From: an uncultured delta proteobacterium
GTDB taxonomy: Bacteria; Myxococcota_A; Polyangia; Polyangiales; JAFGIB01
Direction: 5' to 3'
Assembly (NCBI GenBank): GCA_963778655.1
Contig: CAVZVA010000011.1
Coordinates: forward strand, 160,001 to 224,000
Length of the DNA stretch: 64,000 bases
Shown here: piece by piece, positions 1 through 11,465 of the stretch
Layout of the letters: every line of letters starts with the position of its first letter
How positions within the stretch are numbered: the stretch's first letter is position 1
Program-made: the position numbers and the translations under genes
The notes under the pieces: generated by a model
Databases searched by the model: none
Told to the model about the DNA's origin: nothing
Seen by the model: only the letters and a program-made list of their open reading frames with translations

Positions 1-553
1 CCAGGGGCGGGCGCAGGTAGCCCAGAATCGCGGGCGATAGCGGCTGGTGCTGGGCGTCGCGCACGAAGTCGCCCATGCGCCTGCTCAGCGCGCCCACCAG
101 CAGCACGCGCGCGCGGTTGTGCCCGCGCTCGTACTGGAAGCGCACCCATGCGCTCAGTACCAGGCGCTCCACGAACATGGTGACGAAGCTGCAGGCCAGG
201 AACAGCACGACCAGGCTGCGGTTGATCACCGACTGCGTCAGGAACTGGATCAGGGCGAGCCCGACCAGACCTGCGAAGTGCAGCTTCACCAGGCGAACCG
301 CGAGCTCCCAGGGGTTCCACACCTGTTCGAAGGATTGGTGCAGGCGCAGGATCACGATCAGCGCGAGCCACAGCGGCAAAGTCAGGTAGACCAGGGTCGC
401 GTGCTGGCTGAAGGCCGCCACCCCGCGCAGAACCGGCAGCCACTGCCGCAGGACTGGCTGCAGGCCGGCGGCGATCACCATCGAGGCCAACAACGTTCCG
501 GCATCCAGGACGAGGTGCAGGTTCCGCAGGGCGGTTGTCTTGCGCGCGTGCAA
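1..553 (-). CDS. Polyprenyl-phosphate sugar phosphotransferase (WcaJ/WbaP-like priming glycosyltransferase), N-terminal part; runs off the window edge
   Basis: Manual minus-strand translation (absent from the ORF track): LHARKTTALRNLHLVLDAGTLL..., four hydrophobic segments, INRSLVVLF, then RGHNRARVLLVGA. This is the usual N-terminal layout of exopolysaccharide priming transferases, and it sits among glycosyltransferase genes. TTG start is approximate. Confidence 0.7.
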   Translation of the reverse strand, partial: MHARKTTALRNLHLVLDAGTLLASMVIAAGLQPVLRQWLPVLRGVAAFSQHATLVYLTLPLWLALIVILRLHQSFEQVWNPWELAVRLVKLHFAGLVGLALIQFLTQSVINRSLVVLFLACSFVTMFVERLVLSAWVRFQYERGHNRARVLLVGALSRRMGDFVRDAQHQPLSPAILGYLRPPL

Positions 554-698
554 AGCGGCCTTCGTGCTCGCGAAAAGGCCCGTCCATCGTCGCACACCTG
601 CCGCGGCAGGCGCCATTTGCCGCGCCGCGCGAATGTGCTGCGATGTGGTCGCGTCGCGCCCATGCCGGCTGAAGCGGCGATGTGCTTCAATCGCGAGG

Positions 699-1541
699 GT
701 GGCAAGCGCAAGCCCCTACCCGGCTGGCGGCACAGGGTTGCCGCGGCGCGCCGACATCCTCGGCGTCGACGTCAGCATCACCGATTACACGGAGGTGGTG
801 CGCTGCGTGCTCCAGGCGGCGCGCGCGGGCCGCACGCTGCTGCTCACGGCCTCGGACGTCCACGTCGTCATCCAGGCACGGCGCGATCGTAGCTACGCCG
901 CGGCCCTGAACGCCTTCGACATCGTCACCCCGGACGGCCAGCCGCTGCGCTGGGGAATGCGCTGGACGCGGCAAGCGGCGCTACGCGATCGGGTGTATGG
1001 GCCGACGTTGATGCTGCGCGTGTGCGAGGCCGCCGCCTCCGAAGAGCTGCCGATCTTCCTCTACGGCAGCCGCCCCGAGACGCTCGAGCTACTGCGCGCG
1101 AAGCTGAGCGCGCGCTTTCCCCGACTGCGCATCGCGGGCGTACGCGCGGGCCGCTTCCGCCCGCTGGCGGAGCAGGAACAGGAGCACGACGCGCGCGAGA
1201 TCGCGGCCTCGGGCGCGCGCATCGTGTTCGTCGGCATGGGTTGCCCGCGGCAGGAGTGGTGGGTGTTCCACATGCGCCAGCGCATCGCGATGCCGCTGCT
1301 GGCGGTGGGCGCGGCCTTCGACTTTCACGCGGGCATGGTGCCGCAAGCGCCGCCCTGGATGCAGGCGCGCGGCCTGGAGTGGCTCTACCGCTTGGGCCGG
1401 GAGCCCAAACGCCTGTGGCGCAGATACGTGCTGCTCACGCCGCGCTACCTGCCGCTGATCGCGGCGCAGGCGCTGGGGCTGAAGCACTTCGACCGCCACA
1501 CCGACCTGGCGGAGGCCGAGCGGCGCGAGTGCCCGGGCTGA
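699..1541 (+). CDS. WecB/TagA/CpsF family glycosyltransferase
   Basis: Motifs PDGQPL, RVYGPTLM, IFLYGS, VFVGMGCPRQEWW, VGAAFDFHAG, APPWMQARGLEWLYRL. Start uncertain (699 GTG or 738 TTG) within ORF 540..1541. Confidence 0.9.
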   Translation: MASASPYPAGGTGLPRRADILGVDVSITDYTEVVRCVLQAARAGRTLLLTASDVHVVIQARRDRSYAAALNAFDIVTPDGQPLRWGMRWTRQAALRDRVYGPTLMLRVCEAAASEELPIFLYGSRPETLELLRAKLSARFPRLRIAGVRAGRFRPLAEQEQEHDAREIAASGARIVFVGMGCPRQEWWVFHMRQRIAMPLLAVGAAFDFHAGMVPQAPPWMQARGLEWLYRLGREPKRLWRRYVLLTPRYLPLIAAQALGLKHFDRHTDLAEAERRECPG

Positions 1542-1548
1542 AGCGGGC

Positions 1549-3381
1549 TCACGGCCGTGCCGCCGCGCCGGGCGGGTCGGGCGCGGGCACGTCGTGACCG
1601 CGTGCCGCGGCAAGATCGGCCAGCGTCATCTCCGCGGGCGGAGGGTCGTCGCCTTGCAGCTCCTCGAGGAGCGCACCCCCGAGCTGGTCGACGAAGAGAA
1701 AGGCTCTGCGCTGCGGAAAGCGCCGGCGCCAGAAGCCGTAGGCCGTACGCGGGCCTCCGGCGCCCGAGGGCAGACGCACGAAGATGATCTCGTCGTCCAG
1801 CGTCGGCGAAGGGTTGGGCGGATAGTACGCCCAGGTGACCTCTCGCTTGGGCGAGACGATTTCGTTGGCGAATACCAGCGCGGGCGCGGCGTGGCGCGCC
1901 GCCAGCACCTCGAACAGGCGCAGCCGCATCGCGCTCGAGAGGTAGGCGGCGCGCAGCTGCACCGGCGCGAAGGCCGCGAGCGCCACCAGCGAGGCAGCGG
2001 CCACACTCGCGACCAGCCACGCACGCGGCCGCTGCACGCCGAGCCGCTGCAGCGGCGCAACCGCGCGCGCGAGCCCGTCGGCCGTCGCCAGGGCGAGCAG
2101 CGGGACGGCTTCGAACACGTAGATGGGTCCGGTGGTCGAGACCACGGTCTTGGGCACGAGCACGCGGTACGCGTAGTCGGCGGCGATCATGCCCCAGAAC
2201 AGCAGCTGGGCGCGCTTGGGACGCGCCAGCGGCACGAACGCCAGCGAAAACGTCCAACCGAAGAGCCAGAAGCTCTGGCGCAGCAGCGCGCCACCGAGCG
2301 AGATCGAGATCAGCCCTTGATTGCTGGCGAGCACGCCGTAGGGCCCGAAGGACGCATAGCCCGAGCTCAAGGAATTGCTGGTCTGGGCGTAGTTGACGCC
2401 CAACACGCCGAGCGCGCCGGCCAGCACGAAGGGAGCCGCGGCCAAGAGCTGCTTGAATCGCGCGCCGCGTGCCGCCGGATCGCGCAGCAGCCCCGCGAGC
2501 TGATGCGCGGCGGCCACCAGCAGAAACAGCGCCCCCGGCAGCGGGCGCACCATCAGCTCCAGCCCGAAGCTCGCGCCCGCCAGCGCGGCCCAGCGCAGGC
2601 GCGGATCCTCGTCGAGCCGCAACACCGCCGCCATGCCCGCCAGCATCAGCAGCGCCGAGGTCGGCTGCGAGAGCTGCGTGGCGTGCGTCCATACGAACTG
2701 CGGCGAGATCAGCAGTACGGAGGCGCCCAGCGCCGCGCGCCTCGGCCCGAACAGCCGGCAGCCGACGCGAAAGGCGAGCAGCACCGCGAGCAGCCCCAGC
2801 AGCGGCACGACCAGCAAGCGCGCCCCGAGCGCCTCACCGAGCGCGAGCACCAGCGGGTGGCCGATCGGGTACTTCCCGTACCAGCCGCTGTGATTGACGA
2901 TCACGAACTGGTTCTGGAAGAACGATGCCTCGGGTGGCGGCGGATTGAGCACGCGCCCGTGGAGCAAGGTCTGGGCTTCGAACAGGTAGGTGGCCTCGTC
3001 GTCGGCAATCGGCTGGTCTTGCAGCACCAGCTCGCGCAGCGCGACGCTGCCGCACAGCACCAGCAGCGCCGCGAGCCCGACCATCAGGCGGGGTCGCGAG
3101 AGCGCCTGCTCGACGCCCGCGTACAGGCGTTCGGCGAGACCGCCGCGAAACAGCGCCAGGGCGAAGAAGAAAGTCGCCAGCGAGCCCCACAACGCATAAA
3201 ACGCGAAGAAGGCGAGCTCCCGATCATCGATGTACTCCACGCCGACTTGGCGCAGCGCGAAGCCACCGTACTGGGCCCCGCTGTCGAACAGAGCGGCGAC
3301 GCACCCAACCCCGAGCGCGGCGAAGACCAGCGCCCGCACGAGCGAAGAACGATTGCGCACGATCGCCGTCGATCCTGGCAC
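1549..3381 (-). CDS. Multi-TM GT-C fold glycosyltransferase (PMT/ArnT-like)
   Basis: Many hydrophobic helices; loop motifs DDEATYLFEAQTLLHG and GKYPIGHPLVLA; located in a glycosyltransferase cluster. Confidence 0.7.
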   Translation of the reverse strand: MPGSTAIVRNRSSLVRALVFAALGVGCVAALFDSGAQYGGFALRQVGVEYIDDRELAFFAFYALWGSLATFFFALALFRGGLAERLYAGVEQALSRPRLMVGLAALLVLCGSVALRELVLQDQPIADDEATYLFEAQTLLHGRVLNPPPPEASFFQNQFVIVNHSGWYGKYPIGHPLVLALGEALGARLLVVPLLGLLAVLLAFRVGCRLFGPRRAALGASVLLISPQFVWTHATQLSQPTSALLMLAGMAAVLRLDEDPRLRWAALAGASFGLELMVRPLPGALFLLVAAAHQLAGLLRDPAARGARFKQLLAAAPFVLAGALGVLGVNYAQTSNSLSSGYASFGPYGVLASNQGLISISLGGALLRQSFWLFGWTFSLAFVPLARPKRAQLLFWGMIAADYAYRVLVPKTVVSTTGPIYVFEAVPLLALATADGLARAVAPLQRLGVQRPRAWLVASVAAASLVALAAFAPVQLRAAYLSSAMRLRLFEVLAARHAAPALVFANEIVSPKREVTWAYYPPNPSPTLDDEIIFVRLPSGAGGPRTAYGFWRRRFPQRRAFLFVDQLGGALLEELQGDDPPPAEMTLADLAAARGHDVPAPDPPGAAARP

Positions 3382-3425
3382 AGCTCGGGTCCATGCGATC
3401 GAAAATTCACATACTATCCCGCTCG

Positions 3426-4505
3426 ATGACGCGCTCCATGGTCGCGGCCGCGTTTGCGCGGGGGCTCTCGGGCCAGCCGACCGGACGCGGCGTCTACGCG
3501 CGCCAGATGATCGAGGCGGTGCTGCGGCGTGATCCCGGGCTGCAGCTGCACCTGTTTGCCGCGGAGCCGGTCGACATCGCCGGTTGCACGTTTCACCGGG
3601 CGCGCGGGCGCAACCCGGTCTCCGACGCCTGGCGCATGCTCGCAGGCGCGGGCCGGGAACTGCGACAGAGCGGAGCGCAGCTGCTCTGGTGCGCGACCCA
3701 CTTCATGCCGTCGAGCCTGCCCCAGCTGCCCAAGGTGGTCACCCTGCTCGATGCCGTGTGGCGCGACCACCCCGAAACCGTGACCCGCGCCAGGCGGCTC
3801 GCCGCGCGCTTCATGGAACGCGGCCTGTTCCGGGCGGACCGCATCGTGTGCATCTCGGGTTTCACGCGCGAGCGGCTGGTCGCGCACTGGCCCGAGCTGG
3901 CGCCGCGCGCGCAGGTGATTCCGTGCGCCGGCAATCCCGCCTTGCTGGCACAGCCGAACGCACCGCTCGCGTTGCGCCAGCTGGGAATCGACGGGCCCTT
4001 CGTCCTGAACGTCGATACGCTCGAGCCGCGCAAGAACCTCGACACCTTGCTTCGGGCCATGCCGGAGCTTCCCGAGCTCACCCTAATCCACGTCGGAGGG
4101 ATCGGGTGGAAGGCGCAGCCGCTGCTCGACCGCGCCAGGTCCACGCCCAATGTCCGGCTGCTCGGCTACCTCGATCTCACCACTCTGGCCACGCTCTATC
4201 GCGGCGCGCGCGTCGCGGTCTTCCCGTCGATCTACGAAGGCTTTCACATGCAGCTGCTGGACGCCGCGGGGCTCGGCTGTCCGCTGGTGCTGTCGGACAT
4301 CCCGGTGCATCGGGAGGTGATGGCCGACGCCGCGGCCTACGCGCCTGCCACCGACCCGAACGCGCTCGCCGCTCAGATTCGCGCCGTCGCAAGCTCGGAG
4401 TCGGCGCGCGAGCGGCTGGCCGTCGCGGCGCGCGAGCGCGCCGCCCAGTACGACTGGGACCGCTCCGGCGACGCGCTGCTCGCGCTGTTCAGGCAGCTGA
4501 TCTGA
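3426..4505 (+). CDS. Glycosyltransferase family 4 (GT-B)
   Basis: TGRGVYA, TLEPRKNL, VFPSIYEGF..LLDAAGLGCPLVLSDIPVHREV, YDWDRS. Confidence 0.9.
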   Translation: MTRSMVAAAFARGLSGQPTGRGVYARQMIEAVLRRDPGLQLHLFAAEPVDIAGCTFHRARGRNPVSDAWRMLAGAGRELRQSGAQLLWCATHFMPSSLPQLPKVVTLLDAVWRDHPETVTRARRLAARFMERGLFRADRIVCISGFTRERLVAHWPELAPRAQVIPCAGNPALLAQPNAPLALRQLGIDGPFVLNVDTLEPRKNLDTLLRAMPELPELTLIHVGGIGWKAQPLLDRARSTPNVRLLGYLDLTTLATLYRGARVAVFPSIYEGFHMQLLDAAGLGCPLVLSDIPVHREVMADAAAYAPATDPNALAAQIRAVASSESARERLAVAARERAAQYDWDRSGDALLALFRQLI

Positions 4506-4617
4506 GCTCGGCTCGCGCGCAGCGGGCTCAGGCTCGGCGCGGCCCTCGCGCGGAGGGGAGGACAGTGCCACAGCCCGGAAGCTCGTTCGGTCGAGCGGAG
4601 GCGTCGCGGAGAGTCCG

Positions 4618-6405
<1,788 letters not shown>

Positions 6406-6567
6406 TCAACGGACATCGGGAGCGCGCGCGAGGCGCGGCAGAAGCTCCCGATTTTCCCGACTGCACGCGGGGGCGCGCGCGTGTGATCGCGCAAACGGAG
6501 GATGTGCGCGGCCGGCCGCATCTGTTAAGGTGCTCTGCGCCCGCGCCCCGATCGCAGCCGCCCCGCC

Positions 6568-8431
6568 ATGTCCTACACGGTTCTTGCACGCAAGTATCGG
6601 CCCCAAACCTTTGCCGATTTGGTCGGGCAGGACCACGTCAGCCGCACGCTCGGCAACGCGCTCAAGAGCGGCCGGGTGGCGCACGCGTTCCTGTTCACCG
6701 GCGCGCGCGGTGTGGGGAAGACGACCACCGCCCGCCTGCTCGCCAAGGCCCTCAACTGCGAGCAGGGACCCGACCGCCGAGCCCTGCAATTCGTGCGATC
6801 CGTGCCGGGAGATCACCGCCGGGACGGATCTGGACGTGCTCGAGATCGACGGCGCGTCCAACAACAGCGTGGACGACGTGCGGAGGCTGCAGGAGTCCCT
6901 GCCCTATCGGCCCGCCCGCGACCGTTTCAAGGTCGTGATCGTGGACGAGGTGCACATGCTCTCGGCGGGCGCGTTCAACGCGTTCTTGAAGACGCTCGAG
7001 GAGCCGCCGCCGCACGTGAAGTTCATCTTCGCGACGACCGAGATCGCACAAGGTCCCGATCACGATCCGGTCGCGCTGCCAGCGCCATGACTTCGTCTGA
7101 TCTCGCACGCGCAGGTGACCTCGCGCGTGCGCGAGATCCTGGCGCAGGAGCAGATCACCGCCGACGACGATGCAATCGCGATCGTCGCGCGCGAGGCCGG
7201 CGGCTCGCTGCGCGACGCGCTGACCGTGCTCGACCAGCTGCTGGCCTTCGGCGGCGACGCGCTCCAGGGCGAGGAGGTCGCGCGCGGGCTCGGCATCGCC
7301 GATCAACGCAGCGTGGTGGCGGTGGCCGAGGCCGTGCTGGGCGGCGACGCGGGCGCGTGCCTGCGCGCGGTCAGCGCGCTGGGCCAGCAGGGCCTGGACG
7401 TCATGCACTTCGCGCGCCAGCTGCTCTCGCTGATGCGAGACCTGGTGGTGCTGCGCGTGGTCGGCGACAGCGCCGAGCTGATCGATCGGCCCGAGCAGGA
7501 ACGGCAGCAGCTCGGGGCGATCGCGCAGGCGCACGGCGCCCAACAGCTCGAACGCAGCTTTAGCGGTCTGGCCAAGCTGGTCGAGGAGGTCGGCCAGTCC
7601 GGCAGCCCGCAGCTCACGCTGGAGATGGGCCTGGTGCGCCTGGCCGACCGGCCGCCGCTCGAGCCGCTCTCGGAGCTGATGGCGCGCCTGCGCGCGCTGG
7701 AGGCGCGCCTTGGCGGTGGCGGTGGCGGCGCGGCGGGCGCCGCGGGCCGCGGCCCGGGTCGCACGGACGCGGCGGGCGGCGCGCGCGGCCCCCGCCGCGG
7801 CGCCGCGCAGCAGGCGCAAGGGCCGCACGAGCTGCGCGCGCCCGCGCGCCTGGAGCCGCGCCGGGCCGATCCCGGCGCGGAGCCGCGTCGCGGGCGCCCG
7901 AGCGCGGGGCCCGCGCGCGGGCCCGATCCCGAGCCAGCGCCGGGGGCGCCCGAGCCCGCCGCGACCAGCACGGTCGGCGACGTGCCGGCGCCCGCGCGAC
8001 ACGACACCGGAGCCGATCCGGGTGGGGGTGGCGATCTGCCGCAGGGCTGGCACGAGATCATCGCGGCGCTGCACCAGAGCCAGCCCGCGCTCGGCGCCGT
8101 GCTCGCACACGGGGTGCCGGTGCGGGTCGACCCCAGCGCGGTGGTGGTGAGCTTTCCGGAAGGCTCGTTCTTCGGCCGCCAGGCCGGCGCAGAGAGCGCG
8201 CGCAGCGTGCTGGCGGACGCGGCCGAGCGCGTGCTCGGACGGCGGCCGCGCATCGAGGTGGGCTTCGGGCTCGCCTCCAGCCGCAGCACGGTCGCCGCGC
8301 TGGAAGCCGAGCGCGAGCAGGAGCGCCGCGCGCAAGCCGTCAAGAGCGCGCTGAGCCATCCGCTGGTCCGGGAAGCGATGGACGTCTTCCCCGAGGCCGA
8401 GGGGAACGTCGACGTGGTGGTGGAGGACTGA
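6568..8431 (+). CDS. dnaX: DNA polymerase III subunit gamma/tau; frame broken by three single-base indels (about 6770, 7047, 7095)
   Basis: [21 protein letters not shown] and GARGVGKTT in one frame; [28 protein letters not shown] in a second; [16 protein letters not shown] in a third; then [13 protein letters not shown] in ORF 7115..8431. Followed by ybaB and recR. Confidence 0.93.
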
Positions 8432-8432
8432 G

Positions 8433-8756
8433 ATGGCTGGATTCCGGGGCGGCATGGGCGAGCTGATGCGGCAGGCCTCGCGCCTGCAGCGCAAGGTCGA
8501 GGCGCGCAAGCAGGAGCTGAAGAGCGAGACCGTGGCGGCGACCACCGGCAACGATCAGGTCAAGGTGGTGGCCAACGGCGGCGGCGAGATCGTGAGCGTG
8601 ACGATCGACCCCGCCCTGTTGCAGACGGAAGAGCTCAGCCTGGTGCAAGACCTGATCGTCAGCGCGACCAACGCCGCGCTCGCCAAGAGCCAGCAAATGG
8701 TCGAGGCCGAGGTCGAGAAGGTCACGGGCGGCATCAAGATTCCGGGGCTGACCTGA
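8433..8756 (+). CDS. ybaB: YbaB/EbfC nucleoid-associated protein
   Basis: 107 aa, MGELMRQASRLQ...VKVVANG...DLIVSATNAAL; conserved dnaX-ybaB-recR order. Confidence 0.93.
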   Translation: MAGFRGGMGELMRQASRLQRKVEARKQELKSETVAATTGNDQVKVVANGGGEIVSVTIDPALLQTEELSLVQDLIVSATNAALAKSQQMVEAEVEKVTGGIKIPGLT

Positions 8757-8763
8757 GGAGCGC

Positions 8764-9354
8764 ATGCCCGATCCGATCGCCGAGCTCGTGGGCCTGCTCG
8801 CTCGCTTGCCCGGCGTGGGCGAGCGCACCGCCACCCGCCTGACCTATTACATCCTGGGCAGCTCGCCCGAATACGCGGCCGCCCTGGCGCAGGCGCTCGG
8901 CGAGCTGCACCGGCGGGTGCGGCGCTGCGCGCAGTGCGGCAACTACGCCACCTCCGCACTGTGCGCGGTGTGCGCCGACCCGCGACGCGACGGCAGCGTG
9001 GTGTGCGTGGTGGCGCGCCCTCCCGACGTGGCCGCGCTGGAGCGCGGCGGCAGCTTCCGCGGCCGCTACCACGTGCTGCACGCGCTGCTGGCGCCGCTCG
9101 ATGGCGTCGGCCCGGAGGCGCTGGGGCTCGGCCGCCTGGTCGAGCGCGTGAAGGCGGGCGGCGTGAGCGAGGTGATCATCGCAACGCCGCTGAGCGTGGA
9201 GGGCGAGGCGACCGCGCTGTACGTGGCTCAGGAGCTGCGCCCACTGCAGGTGCGCTGCACCCGCATCGCCAGCGGCCTGCCGCACGGCGGCGAGCTCGAG
9301 TGGAGCGACCAGATCACACTCGCCCGCGCGCTCGAAGGCCGCCGCGAGGTGTAG
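8764..9354 (+). CDS. recR: Recombination mediator RecR
   Basis: LPGVGERTATRL (HhH), CAQC..CAVC zinc finger, Toprim motif VEGEATA, GGELEWSD. Confidence 0.97.
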   Translation: MPDPIAELVGLLARLPGVGERTATRLTYYILGSSPEYAAALAQALGELHRRVRRCAQCGNYATSALCAVCADPRRDGSVVCVVARPPDVAALERGGSFRGRYHVLHALLAPLDGVGPEALGLGRLVERVKAGGVSEVIIATPLSVEGEATALYVAQELRPLQVRCTRIASGLPHGGELEWSDQITLARALEGRREV

Positions 9355-9385
9355 CGGTACGGGCGGCGCGGCCCGATCCAAGACA

Positions 9386-9468
9386 CATGAAACAGGAAGG
9401 CGGGAAGACGGGAAGAGCTGATGATTGGCTCGAACCCAGAATGAAACCCTTCCCGCCTTCCTGTGATC
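9386..9468. repeat. Intergenic inverted-repeat element, family A (copy 1)
   Basis: ACAGGAAGGCGGGAAG at 9392-9407 and its perfect reverse complement at 9449-9464. Related copies at 14024-14087, 23733-23786, 26706-26732 and 34390-34412. Confidence 0.8.
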
Positions 9469-9530
9469 CCACGAAACGCCCCGTGCTCAGCGTTTCCCCC
9501 GCGCCGGGCTTGAGGTAGGGTCGGCTTCCG

Positions 9531-11450
9531 ATGGCTGGACCCTTGCACCCGCGGGCGGAGGGGCCGCGGCTTCCGCTTGCGGATGCGGCGCTGGCGCTGC
9601 CGCTGCTCGGCATCGTGGCGTTGATGATCATCCCGATCCCGACGCCGCTGCTGGACGTCTTGATCGCGGCCAACATCGCGCTCGGCGTGTTGATGCTGCT
9701 GGTGGCGATGGCGATCAAGGACGGGCTCGCCTTCACCGCGATGCCGACGGTGCTGCTGGTCACCACGCTCTATCGGCTGGCGCTCAACGTCTCCTCCACT
9801 CGCCTGATCCTGCTGCAGGCCGACGCGGGCCACGTGATCCACGCCTTCGGCGCGTACGTGGTGCGCGGCAACTACGCGGTCGGCGCCGTGATCTTCTTCA
9901 TCCTCACCCTGATCCAGTACGTGGTGGTGGCGCGCGGCTCCGAGCGCGTGGCCGAGGTGGGCGCGCGCTTCACGCTGGACGCGATGCCCGGCAAGCAGAT
10001 GGCGATCGACGCCGACCTGCGCTCGGGCGCGCTGAGCCCGGAGGGCGCGCGCCAGCGCAGGCGCGCGCTCGAGCGCGAGGGTCAGTTCTACGGCGCGATG
10101 GACGGCGCGATGAAGTTCGTCAAGGGCGACGCGATCGCCGGTATCGTGATCACCCTGGTCAACATCGTGGCCGGGGTCGGCATCGGCATGGGCATGCGCA
10201 AGCTGGGACTACTGCAGAGCCTGCAGCTCTACGGCCTGCTCACGATCGGCGACGGCCTGGTGTGCCAGATCCCGTCGCTGCTGATCTCGACCAGCGCCGG
10301 GCTGGTGGTCACGCGCGTGGCGGGCCACGAGGAGGGCGCGTCGCTCGGCAGCGACGTGGGCCGCCAGCTGTTCGGCAATCCCCGCGTGCTCGCGCTCGGC
10401 GGCGGCTTTCTCGGCTTCCTCTCGCTGGTACCGGGCCTGCCCATGCTGCCGTTCGCGTTCCTGGGCGCGTTGCTGGGGGCGGCCGCGTACGGCCTGCGGC
10501 GCGCGGAACGGCGGCGTGGCGCGGGCAGCGAGCCGCTCTCGGAGGCGGCCAAGCCGGCGCTGCCTGAGCCTTCTGCGCTCGCGATCGAGCTGGGCAGTGA
10601 GCTGGCGAGCGAGCTCGAGCACGCGCGCGGCGAGCCGCTGCGAGCCGCGCTGGGTGCGCTGCGAGAGCGGCTGTACCTGGAGCTCGGCGTACCGCTGCCG
10701 GCGCTGCGCGTGCGCGCGCGCGCCGCGCTTCCGGCGCGTGGCTACGTGCTGCTGCTCGCGGAGCTGCCGTGCGCGCAAGGCGCCGTGCCGCAAGGCGCGA
10801 GCCCGCGCGAGGCCGCCGAGGCGCTGGCGGGCGCAGCCGCAGTCGCGCTGCTGCCGCGCGCGGACGAGCTGCTCGACCTGCAAGCCACGCAAGGCCTGCT
10901 CGACGCGCTCGAGCGCAGCGCCCCCGCGCTGGTGCGCGAGGTCGTGCCCAAGCCGGTCTCGTTGCGGCTGCTGTCCGAGGTGCTGCGGCGGCTGCTGGCG
11001 GAGGGCGTGAGCATCCGCCCGCTGGCGCGCATCCTCGAGCTGCTGGGCCGCGAGGCCGCCGCCGGCAGCGACCCGGCCGCGTTGGTCGAGCGCGTGCGCC
11101 AGGGCCTGAGCCGGCAGATCAGCTTCGCGCACGCGCCGCAAGGCACGCTCGCGTTGCATCCGGTCGACGTGATGATCGAGGACGCGCTGCGCGACGCGGC
11201 CGCTGCCGGCAACGTCGCCGCACCGCCCGCGCTGCCGCCGGAGCAGACGCGCGACATCGTGGCCGCGGTCCGCGCCGCGCTCGAGGCGCACGCGGGCCAG
11301 CCAGGCGCGGTGCTGGTCACGCAGCCCGACGTGCGCCGCCACCTGCGCGCGCTGCTGGAAGGCGAGCTGCCGCAGGTCGCGGTGCTGAGCTATCCGGAGC
11401 TCGCCCCCGAGCTGCAGGTCGAGCGCCGCGCCCCCATTCGCATCGACTGA
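9531..11450 (+). CDS. FHIPEP family type III export-gate protein (FlhA/SctV-like)
   Basis: TLYRLALNVSSTRLIL, ERVAEVGARFTLDAMPGKQMAIDADL, FYGAMDGAMKFVKGDAIAG, TIGDGLVCQIPSLL, C-terminal VAVLSYPEL. Confidence 0.93.
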   Translation: MAGPLHPRAEGPRLPLADAALALPLLGIVALMIIPIPTPLLDVLIAANIALGVLMLLVAMAIKDGLAFTAMPTVLLVTTLYRLALNVSSTRLILLQADAGHVIHAFGAYVVRGNYAVGAVIFFILTLIQYVVVARGSERVAEVGARFTLDAMPGKQMAIDADLRSGALSPEGARQRRRALEREGQFYGAMDGAMKFVKGDAIAGIVITLVNIVAGVGIGMGMRKLGLLQSLQLYGLLTIGDGLVCQIPSLLISTSAGLVVTRVAGHEEGASLGSDVGRQLFGNPRVLALGGGFLGFLSLVPGLPMLPFAFLGALLGAAAYGLRRAERRRGAGSEPLSEAAKPALPEPSALAIELGSELASELEHARGEPLRAALGALRERLYLELGVPLPALRVRARAALPARGYVLLLAELPCAQGAVPQGASPREAAEALAGAAAVALLPRADELLDLQATQGLLDALERSAPALVREVVPKPVSLRLLSEVLRRLLAEGVSIRPLARILELLGREAAAGSDPAALVERVRQGLSRQISFAHAPQGTLALHPVDVMIEDALRDAAAAGNVAAPPALPPEQTRDIVAAVRAALEAHAGQPGAVLVTQPDVRRHLRALLEGELPQVAVLSYPELAPELQVERRAPIRID

Positions 11451-11465
11451 GCCGCGAGCAAAACC

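Noticed and set aside
6760..7100. Programmed ribosomal frameshifting in dnaX
   Set aside because: The shifts fall inside the AAA+ domain, there are three of them, and no slippery A-run is present. Error is the simpler explanation.
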